A DNA stretch of 64,000 bases, from IMG/VR virus record IMGVR_UViG_3300031963_000086. One strand, given 5' to 3'. Origin of the DNA: an uncultured virus (IMG/VR IMGVR_UViG_3300031963_000086) (taxonomy: Duplodnaviria; Heunggongvirae; Uroviricota; Caudoviricetes). Shown here piece after piece: positions 46,105-55,300 of the stretch. The notes under the pieces were generated by a model, which was not told where the DNA came from, ran no database searches, and saw only the letters and a list, made by a program, of their open reading frames with translations. Every line of letters begins with the position of its first letter. Positions within the stretch are counted from its first letter, which is position 1. The position numbers were made by a program, and so were the translations under genes.

Positions 46105-48072
46105 TTAAAATTCTAAGTTATCTAAATCTTCTTCGTTTAGGTCAAACTCCAAAGAGTCGTCATTTAATTGTTGTTCTAATAAGTCCAAATCTACTTCATC
46201 TTCGGTGATTTCGGAAATGGGTGGTTCTTGAGAAACTTCGGGTTCATCGCTTGGTATTTCACCAACTTTTGTCCAACGCTGAACCCCGCTTTTCGTAATT
46301 GTAACACGCCATTCGTTTCCATCGTTTCCAAATCGCTTAGTTCCCACAGGGTAAATAGTTGCGCTCTCGCTAGGTGATGGTCTTAAACTTGACGCTTTTT
46401 GTTTTTGGGCTTCTTCAAATTTTAATTGAGTTAGCAATTCGCTTCCTTTAGTGTCTATGTAATATTCCCTACCAAAAGTATTTGTTTGGCTTTTGACCAA
46501 CCCCATGCCTTCCATGACTTGTAAATCTTTTTCTAAAGTCGGCTCACCACTCAAACCATATTCGGTGTAAGTTATGGGGACAATCACATCGTATAGTTGC
46601 CTATAAAGTTCACTAATTGTTACATAATCATGTGTTTTGCTAATTACTTCGGATAGTTGTTTTAGAATACCCTCCATTCGGTGTTGAGGCAAAATATATT
46701 GTGGTGGTTGTGATTGTGTTTTCAAACCATCAAGTACGTCTTTACCTTGTTGACTTAAACGATAGGTGTAACCTTTTATACCAATACTTGCAAATCTAAA
46801 TTCTAAATACCCTTGGGCATACAACAAATCCAAATCTTGTTGTAAACTTGGGCTAGTGGGAGTTAAATCGTCTTGATACACCGAATAATTTTTGGGCATC
46901 ATTTCCCTAATGTACCCCGAAATTTCATTTATTGAAACGAACCCATCACCTATTTTTGTTGCGCTCGCTTCTTGCACCGCTTCTAAAATGCTTATTTGCA
47001 AATCGGTTAATTGTGGTTCACTCGGCTCTACTTCGGGATTTAAGGCTAATAAATCTTGACCTTTAGGACTTACATTATACTCGTTGCGTACTCTTGTGAC
47101 CAAACCTCTTTTTTCTAAATCATCCAATATCGTGTTTTGAGCATCAATGTATTCTTGTTTTGTAAGCACATTGGGAACACCCTTTTCTTTTAAAATGTCT
47201 TCAATAGTCACCCAATCGCCTTTTTCCCCTTTCAATTTTTTAATCATTCGCAAATATGGAACGTCTAAATTTTCACTCGGCTCTTCTTCGTTTGGATTGA
47301 CTTCAAATTGTCCATCTTCGGGCAAATTCTCCTCAAACCAATTCATTGCCGTGTCGTAGCCTTTGTTGGTTAAGCGAATAGAGTCGGTATTCTTGCTTGG
47401 GTCGGTTTCAACAAGCCTATCCGACAACAACTTTACTACAATACCAAAAAATTTGTTGCGGGGTATGTCAAATTGATGTTTAACCGCGTTTGTGGTTAAA
47501 TCATCTTGGCTCAATAACTTATAGTCACCACCATCGTAATAATCGGCCATCCGTAGTAACATTTCCAATTTGAGGTCTTCATCACTTGGGCCTATTTCCT
47601 CAACTTGTTTGTTTTGCAATTCATAACTATTAATATATTCTTGACCCGCATTAGTAATTTTATATATAGAACCCGCTACTCTTGACACTAAATCTAGCGC
47701 TTCTAAATCATCAAGTTTCTCTTGCACATACGATTCAAAGTTTTTTAGAAGAGAAATATCATCTTCCAAACCCACTTCATTCATAATAGTGCGGACAATA
47801 TTATTACTTGTAACCGCATTCACTTTGGTCAAAGTTAATATTTCCATTCTTTTAAGAAAGGCATAATCGGATTCCTTTCTAATAGGAGTTGGCTTTTTGT
47901 CAACTACCTCAATTGGTTTTTGAATAATAATGTCCTCTCCACCAAACTTTTTGGCCAACAAATTAAGGGCTTTTGATATAGCACTATACAAAGGGGGATT
48001 GTCCACCTTGATTTGCTCTAATTTCTCTTGATTGACATTTTGCCAACCGCCTAATGCTTCTAAAACTCCCAT
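46105..48072 (-). CDS. Tandem winged-helix repeat protein with an acidic tail
   Basis: Five L...GLV....Y.LT..G...L-type units; RPSP..SAT..PVGT...GNDGN.W......GV.RW motif. Confidence 0.65.
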   Translation of the reverse strand: MGVLEALGGWQNVNQEKLEQIKVDNPPLYSAISKALNLLAKKFGGEDIIIQKPIEVVDKKPTPIRKESDYAFLKRMEILTLTKVNAVTSNNIVRTIMNEVGLEDDISLLKNFESYVQEKLDDLEALDLVSRVAGSIYKITNAGQEYINSYELQNKQVEEIGPSDEDLKLEMLLRMADYYDGGDYKLLSQDDLTTNAVKHQFDIPRNKFFGIVVKLLSDRLVETDPSKNTDSIRLTNKGYDTAMNWFEENLPEDGQFEVNPNEEEPSENLDVPYLRMIKKLKGEKGDWVTIEDILKEKGVPNVLTKQEYIDAQNTILDDLEKRGLVTRVRNEYNVSPKGQDLLALNPEVEPSEPQLTDLQISILEAVQEASATKIGDGFVSINEISGYIREMMPKNYSVYQDDLTPTSPSLQQDLDLLYAQGYLEFRFASIGIKGYTYRLSQQGKDVLDGLKTQSQPPQYILPQHRMEGILKQLSEVISKTHDYVTISELYRQLYDVIVPITYTEYGLSGEPTLEKDLQVMEGMGLVKSQTNTFGREYYIDTKGSELLTQLKFEEAQKQKASSLRPSPSESATIYPVGTKRFGNDGNEWRVTITKSGVQRWTKVGEIPSDEPEVSQEPPISEITEDEVDLDLLEQQLNDDSLEFDLNEEDLDNLEF

Positions 48073-48383
48073 TACATTACTATTAATTCGTTCGCTTCAA
48101 TTGGGGTGCATTCGCCCAAGAAAGTGTATCGCTCGTAGATATTCTTGAACACATCGTTCAACACAACCAACTCGCCCGTATCTTGTATTTCTACAATATT
48201 GATTTCCAATCTCCTATCTTTTACCAAGCCAAATTGCTTGTCATATTTTACAAATATGGACGTGGGGAAATTTGGATTTGTCATTATCATTAAGTTGGTA
48301 ATGCTACCATATAGATTAGCAAAGGTGGCAATATTAGCCATCAATTTTTTTAATCCAATTTCTTGTGCTTGAGTAATTTCCAT
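48072..48383 (-). CDS. Hypothetical protein
   Basis: 103-aa ORF in the operon. Confidence 0.6.
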   Translation of the reverse strand: MEITQAQEIGLKKLMANIATFANLYGSITNLMIMTNPNFPTSIFVKYDKQFGLVKDRRLEINIVEIQDTGELVVLNDVFKNIYERYTFLGECTPIEANELIVM

Positions 48384-48387
48384 TTTT

Positions 48388-50025
48388 TTAACTTCTCAAT
48401 TTTATATCATTATATAGCAATTCCGCTCTCTCATCCAATCGGCTAATAGTTTCATCATCGGTAGCAAACAAAGGTTGACTTGCGTAAGTAGTTGCATCTT
48501 GAATAATTCTATTCAAATAGTTCTCATAATTATACTCGCGATTGAAATTTGTAGATAGCCCTTCTTCGGCAAGAATTGAATTTACCAAATTATTTTGAAT
48601 GATGTCATTTTTTATAGCCATTTCAAGAGCGTTGTTTTGCAAGGTTTGGTCTACAACAATTGTTAAATAAGAATTTATATCATCAATACTTATTCTCAAT
48701 TCATCTATGATTTTTTGCATCTCTTTACGTGGCTCTTTCGCATTCATAACCATCAAGGTATCACGACATCTCCCCGCACATATTTTCATCCACCATTCAA
48801 AAAATGTTCTCGCAACAACACTATTTTCAAGAATGTCTTTCCAATCACCATTTACTTGAATATTAGAATTGTTTCTTATAGCGGATGTAAAAATTCTTCT
48901 CGTACTTGATAAATAACTTCTTATGCTTTGAGAGTGGAAAAACAATTGGGAATCCTCTTGAATTTCTTTACTCTTCCAAATTCCCGCTTGGACATAAACT
49001 TGGTATTTCTCCTTGTACCGCGCAAATGCTTCCAAATATCTTTCTTGCGTTTGGTCGGGGAATCCATAAGGGTCAATATTTCTCTCAAGTTCCATTCTCA
49101 TCATGTGATTGACAATTGGTTGGTACAAATTGCCTGAATTGTTTTGACTTACCGATAGCGATGACACCCAATCTAAATCTTGTCCAAAATCTTTTACAAT
49201 TATCGGGGCAAAAATGAAATCGTTAGTAGATGATGCCCTTCCCATCATTTTAACTAATTCCCTATACATCGGCAACTCGGCATTTGTTAATCTATCGTAT
49301 TGTCTTAAATTAACGGACTCCCGAGGATTACAAAACCTTGTCATATAAACTCTTGTTTTAATACCTATTGACTCAAAATATTGAGCGGTCATTAGTGCGG
49401 GTAATTGGCGAATGGCATACTCATCTTCACCCTCCAACGAGGTAAAATAAAATAAACTATAAATTTCCGCATACTTGACTTTTCCACCCGTTCGTTTGAA
49501 TTTCAAATAAACATCCTTGGTGGTTGTAGCAAATTTTAATTTAGCATCTTTGTCCCCATCTTGTAAAGCGGTCGTGCCTTTTTGTCTTTTATCCAATACA
49601 TAGGTTTTGCCATTGTATGTGTAGACAAAACTTTTAATACCACCGATGGTGACATTATCTACAAGGTTAGGAGGCACTACCCCCGATGGTAACTCAAAAC
49701 TTGCAAATAAATCGGGATAATCCGTTTCAAGTTCTTGCGAATAATATTCTTGAACTCGGTATAATCCCTTACTCGCTAACGAAAAATCAAAAACCCCAAT
49801 TGGGCGTGATGTAGTTTCAAGACGACTTTTATCTTGCTCACCTCCCAAGTTGAACTTCATACCCATATCAAAAATGATAGGGCCTATTTCACTTTCATAA
49901 ATAGTTCGGTATTCATCTACCTTTTGTTTATATAGAGTTTCGCCAATAGCATTTTGCCACGCTTCGGGCGTGTCATAAGCCCAACATAATATTGGGACTC
50001 CCCTCCAACTACTGAAAAACCCCAT
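48388..50025 (-). CDS. Putative partner of the MoxR ATPase (degenerate VWA-like?)
   Basis: 545 aa, directly downstream of the AAA+ gene; canonical MIDAS not seen. Confidence 0.45.
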   Translation of the reverse strand: MGFFSSWRGVPILCWAYDTPEAWQNAIGETLYKQKVDEYRTIYESEIGPIIFDMGMKFNLGGEQDKSRLETTSRPIGVFDFSLASKGLYRVQEYYSQELETDYPDLFASFELPSGVVPPNLVDNVTIGGIKSFVYTYNGKTYVLDKRQKGTTALQDGDKDAKLKFATTTKDVYLKFKRTGGKVKYAEIYSLFYFTSLEGEDEYAIRQLPALMTAQYFESIGIKTRVYMTRFCNPRESVNLRQYDRLTNAELPMYRELVKMMGRASSTNDFIFAPIIVKDFGQDLDWVSSLSVSQNNSGNLYQPIVNHMMRMELERNIDPYGFPDQTQERYLEAFARYKEKYQVYVQAGIWKSKEIQEDSQLFFHSQSIRSYLSSTRRIFTSAIRNNSNIQVNGDWKDILENSVVARTFFEWWMKICAGRCRDTLMVMNAKEPRKEMQKIIDELRISIDDINSYLTIVVDQTLQNNALEMAIKNDIIQNNLVNSILAEEGLSTNFNREYNYENYLNRIIQDATTYASQPLFATDDETISRLDERAELLYNDIKLRS

Positions 50026-50028
50026 ACC

Positions 50029-51420
50029 TTAAATAACCCGTGTAAGTTGAGTTGCTTCGTAATTAGCAATCATTTGATTGGCTTCATCAACCTCTTGTTG
50101 AGTGTTGAAATTTGGCGCACTTGGGTCGTAAGGCATTTTGTCCTTTTCGGCTACAATACGCTTAAAGGCATCAATATCCAATTCGGCAATCAATGCTTGA
50201 CGAGTAGATGGCTTGAAAAGTTCAAAGAAAGTATTTAATGAGTCGATTAGTGTTTTTGGGTTGGTGATGACAGTTGCAACGCCTTTTTCTAGTTTCTCTT
50301 TTTCAATACGATATACCTCGTAAGTGGACTTCAAATTTTGCATCAAACGAATAGATACAAACGCTTGGTTTGTAGCATTCAAACGAATGATGGCCTCACG
50401 GAGTTTTGTTCCAAATATCCAAATAAAGGCGAATCCTTTCATAATTGAACCAAACTCATACCCATAGTCAACAAATACCTTGTATGTGCTACCGATGAAT
50501 CGGTCTTGTAAAGACAAATCTTGCTTAAAGTTGGCTTCGTAGTCGGGGTCGATGGTGTTCAATGGCACGTTACCTGCAGCCATGATGAAGACATTCCCTT
50601 TATACTTACGCTCACCACGACCATTCAAAATAGATGGTGGCAACTTTTGTCCCGTATTAGGGTCAAAGTCATATTCTTTAATTTTTGCCAAACCTTCGTT
50701 CAACAAACCCGCAGTATTGGGGTCAATTTTTGGCAACTCATCCAACAACAATACACAACCATCAACTTTGGTCATATTGCCATTGTCATCAATAATCTCA
50801 TTTGACCAAGCCATCGTGAATTTACCTTCTTGATACCCATCAATAGTTTGACCACCAATAATATCAATCGGAGATGTAAATTGGTTACAATTGATTGTGA
50901 TGATTGACCAACCCAAGATTTTTGCAATACCCCCCGCACTAAAGGTTTTACCCGTTCCCGCACCACCATACAAATAAACATTGTTTTCCGCTTGCATATC
51001 ACTCAATATCTTTTGAATGATAGGGCGTGTCAAAAAATCGTTATTAGTAGTAGTCGTGGTCTTAACCGATGCGATGTTGCGGATAGTCAATTCAACCTTA
51101 CGGGTTGAGTTCAACAACGCTTTCAAACTATCGGAAAGGTCATTGAAATTGATTTTGCGCTTGGCTAACTCATCAATAACAACTTGTCTAATGTCATTAA
51201 GATTGGCAACACCACCGCCTTGTACGGCCATGTTCAAGGCATCCAATACCGCTTGTACTTCGGGGTCTAATCCCGTAACACCCGCGTTTGCGGATTGAAC
51301 TTGAACGCTTCCGATGGATGCAAGTTTTTCTAATTCTTTTTGTGCTTGTTCACGCACGAGCGGTACGGGAGAATTTTTTGCCAAATCCTCTAATCTCGCT
51401 ATGTTTGATTGATTATCCAT
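50029..51420 (-). CDS. MoxR/CbbQ/CobS-like AAA+ ATPase
   Basis: YGGAGTGKT, LLLDE, AAGN, D.SLQDRF, VSIR. Confidence 0.85.
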   Translation of the reverse strand: MDNQSNIARLEDLAKNSPVPLVREQAQKELEKLASIGSVQVQSANAGVTGLDPEVQAVLDALNMAVQGGGVANLNDIRQVVIDELAKRKINFNDLSDSLKALLNSTRKVELTIRNIASVKTTTTTNNDFLTRPIIQKILSDMQAENNVYLYGGAGTGKTFSAGGIAKILGWSIITINCNQFTSPIDIIGGQTIDGYQEGKFTMAWSNEIIDDNGNMTKVDGCVLLLDELPKIDPNTAGLLNEGLAKIKEYDFDPNTGQKLPPSILNGRGERKYKGNVFIMAAGNVPLNTIDPDYEANFKQDLSLQDRFIGSTYKVFVDYGYEFGSIMKGFAFIWIFGTKLREAIIRLNATNQAFVSIRLMQNLKSTYEVYRIEKEKLEKGVATVITNPKTLIDSLNTFFELFKPSTRQALIAELDIDAFKRIVAEKDKMPYDPSAPNFNTQQEVDEANQMIANYEATQLTRVI

Positions 51421-51438
51421 TTGATTTTTTTTTGCTAA

Positions 51439-52356
51439 TTATGAATTTCTTACTTCTTGATATACCTCTTGTGCTAGTTGGTATGCGGTCTTATTTGTTC
51501 CCAATCTATTTTGTAATTCTTTGAAATTAATTCCCGATAAGAAATTTACCGCTAAATTAACACTTCTAAAGTTATTTTTTACTATATCTTGGTCAATACC
51601 ACTCACCTCGGAAATTACCCGTACTCTATCGCTTAGAATTTCGTTTTGAATTTCGGGTGGCGTATTATCTCCTTCCCCTCCTTCATTTGGGCCTTCGGGC
51701 GGTGGGCCTTGAGGTGGTTGCGGAGGACCTTGCGGACCATCGGGCGGTGGGCCTTCGGGTGGCGGACCTTGCGGACCATCGGGTGGCGGGCCTTCGGGTT
51801 GTTTAGGAATAATAAAATATCCATCCTTGCCATCTTTATCCAATTTGGATAATTTTATTAGAATGGCTTCAAAGTTCTCCCCATTGACAAATATTTCCGT
51901 TTCAAAAGTGTCGTCACTACTTAAATTGATTTTGCTATTGCTAACAATAAACCCTTCCGCCAAAACCTCATCCCCTACTTGCAAAGTTCCATCAACCTCT
52001 CTAAATTCTACTTGGTTGGTCTTCTTGTTTTTTAAAAGTATTGGTATTTTTTGGTCTTCGGGTGGAGGGGGTGGTGGCGGTGATTGTGAATCCTCTTCAT
52101 TCAACAAATCTTGAAATTTAGCATACGCATCAAATGGATTGCTAAACATTTCCGCAACCATACTCTCTATGGAATTACCCGCGCTTGGAATACCCCCCTT
52201 CATTACATAATAGAAATCTTGGTTGTATTTGGCATCTTTATCCAAAACCATGATAGTGGCTTTGTTTTCATAAGTCCAAGTTTTTGCGGTCAACGAAAAC
52301 CCATCAAGGGTATATGACACGATAGAACTCTCTAAATTATTTTTATCTAATAACAT
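51439..52356 (-). CDS. Hypothetical protein with Pro/Gly-rich repeats
   Basis: PEGPPPDGPQGPP repeats. Confidence 0.7.
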   Translation of the reverse strand: MLLDKNNLESSIVSYTLDGFSLTAKTWTYENKATIMVLDKDAKYNQDFYYVMKGGIPSAGNSIESMVAEMFSNPFDAYAKFQDLLNEEDSQSPPPPPPPEDQKIPILLKNKKTNQVEFREVDGTLQVGDEVLAEGFIVSNSKINLSSDDTFETEIFVNGENFEAILIKLSKLDKDGKDGYFIIPKQPEGPPPDGPQGPPPEGPPPDGPQGPPQPPQGPPPEGPNEGGEGDNTPPEIQNEILSDRVRVISEVSGIDQDIVKNNFRSVNLAVNFLSGINFKELQNRLGTNKTAYQLAQEVYQEVRNS

Positions 52357-52358
52357 GA

Positions 52359-55300
52359 TTATTTATTAATTAAACCCCCCTTAGCCATCAAGAAACCTTG
52401 GTTGGCGGAATATAGCATTTTGCTTCTTTGATTACTTGCAAGTTTTGTTTGGTTCGGGAAGAATGTAGTCCATACCTCCGTTTGATATTGGTTGCCCGTT
52501 GCTTGTGGGTTATTCTCATAAAAATGAAATCCATCATAAACACCTTGCGCTTTGATTGCTTCAATAGCCCTTGGGGAGTTACGGATGTAAGCCCAAACTT
52601 CCATTGGTGGCACATTTGGTTGTAAAAAACGTGCATCAAAACCTAATTGCTCGGCCGTTTGACCCGTCTTGACAAATAAGTAGTCAAAGAAATCTTTTGG
52701 TTCTATTTTATCAATACCAAAATAGGTCATATCCAATGGGTTTCTAATGTTCAAGAAAAATGGCAATACATATCCTTGAGTTGCATTCCTTTGCCCCTTA
52801 ATCGTAGCAAACCATTCGGCATAATCGGGATTGACCGCAAAATACGATGTTGGAAAAGAATCAAACCTTTCACGCTCAAACGCTCTACCTAATCCTTGAT
52901 AAACCACAAGTGGCTCATAACCTTCGGTCATCACTTTACTCACGGGTACGATATTATCATATCCCGACAATCCCTTAAAGTCATATGCACTTGCAAAATC
53001 ACCAAACCACTCTTTAAAAATTGTGGTTTGAGCCAAATCATAATTGTATTTATCCAACAATGTTTCTTGACCATTTGGTTGAAAACCATCGCCATATGGG
53101 GGCGTGAAATCGGGCCTATCTCTCAAAGTGACACTATCGGCATCAAGCATTGTTTGTATAATAGCCATAGCGTATTTCCCGTCATAATTTGCGCTTGAGG
53201 ACTTTATCAAATCTTGGGAGTTTTCGGTAGCGTAAATGATGTCTTTTAGTTTTTGGAACTCGGTCAATTGTTGACGCAACTTCATTTTTACCTCAAAGTC
53301 AAAATCCGATGTTATAGAGATAAGATATTGCAAGTCGTAAATATTCTTGTCCAACTCGCTCTTGTTACCCAAAGGCTTTTTGTTTTTGCCCACGGGTGGT
53401 TTTTTGCTTTGAACTTCTTGCGGTTTTTCCAATTCCACCACATCACTTGCCTCTAACAAAACCAAATCTTTGGCTTCCCATTCTCCTTTTAATTCACCAA
53501 CTTTGTCGGGGACAAAATACCGAATTGTGTACATATTGCCTTCGGGATTTGCGGGTCTTTTCATTGCGGGTACGGAACGGATTCCAATTACTTCACCACG
53601 CAATAAATCAAGATTTTCATCACGACCTTGGAAACCCACAATTTGCATTTCTTGTTCCGAAATTTCCACTTTGTCACCAACTTTCAAGTTTTGCTCAATT
53701 CGTACCTCCATACTTCCCTTCGCCTTGGATGTTTGGCTCACATAGTTGGCTCTATAATAAAGCACACTAACCATAAGCCAATTGTACCATATAGTACCTT
53801 CATATATTTTTAATTCAAAGTCATCAAAATCTAATACCATTTTGACATCCTCTATCATCATTGGCTCTTCATCAATATTGTAAATTGGCCTTATGATAGG
53901 AAAATCATTTTCATTGCAAAATCTCGCCAATAAATAGCCAACTACTCTACAATAATCATCTATTGATAATTTGATGTTGAAATCAATTATTCCACTTTCA
54001 AACCACTTCTTCCAAGTTGTTGGGTCATTGTAAAACTGATAACCCATTTTATCGAATAAATAGTAAAGTATATTTGCGCCACCTAAATTTTCTACTCTAT
54101 CTATAATTAATTTTGGAACTCCATATTGTTGTTTTTTGTTTAACAATAATGTTCTTGATGGTTGACTTGTAATCATTTCTAGATTACGCATACCTATTCT
54201 TGGGTCAAACGACATTTCAATACCCGTATTTTTTTGAATTGTTACCAATTCTTTTACGGGTATATCCAAGTATCGGTCTTCATAAAAAGGTGCGTTTGGA
54301 TTATTTATATCGGTAGTGTAATATTCCCTTACAATTTTACTTATTAAATCAACTAAAGAATTATTGCCGTCATTTTTTACTAGTTTATTATTGTATGCTT
54401 TAATATCATAACTACTACCAAATTTTAATGATTTAACACCATATTGGAACTTGTCTTCTTTTTTGGCGCGGGTCACTTTCTTTTTAACACCTTCTTGATA
54501 AACAAAATTTGGCTCTAATGCTTCATACTCATTAAAAAACTCTAATATTTGATTTTGAAAATCGCGATTGCTCACAAGCCATTCAAATTTAGTTCTTGTA
54601 TCCGTATTATATTGAGATGGCACACTTTGTAGGCCATTGTCCAAAATGGCCGTAAACCTATCATACATGGCCATAGTGCCTTGCATCCGAGGTATAAGCA
54701 TGGATTTTTTCGGTATTTGACTAAATGTCCTTGGAGAACCATAAGTAGCACTCGTGTCTTGTGGTTCAATTAAAGTCAAAAAATCCTTTCGGTTGTAGTA
54801 TTGATAACTCGTCTTTGCAACAAATTCAAGTTTTGACCATTTTGTAAATCTCTTAAAAACTGGTCTACCGCTATATTTATTATAAATTTCCGCTCTAAAT
54901 ATTTGCAAATCTTCGGGATTGTCAAATATGTTGACATAATAAAACTCTTCAACCCCTTTTGTTGGGAATACAATCTTATTTTTTAATTTGAAATCGGTCA
55001 CATCGCCACCATACTCAAACTCTATTTCATCCATTTCTCCCATTTCATCAAGTTCTCCACCCAAGGCCATTTCGCTCAAAATATCGTGGTCGGACATCAT
55101 TCTACCCCCGTAGTTGTATTGATTTCCACTCGCCATAATTTCGCCACCATCCTCAAACGATACACCACCCCCGCTTTGGTTAATACGAGAGAGTATTTCT
55201 CGGTTGGTAAGCATTTCACCTTCAAATTCGCGTGTAGTGCCATCGGACACGGCATTGCGTGTGATAACGACTTCCCCGCCTTCCATTTCCAAGGGTTGTC

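Noticed and set aside
51690..51800. Collagen triple-helix domain
   Set aside because: Gly spacing is not a strict Gly-X-Y; better read as a Pro-rich linker
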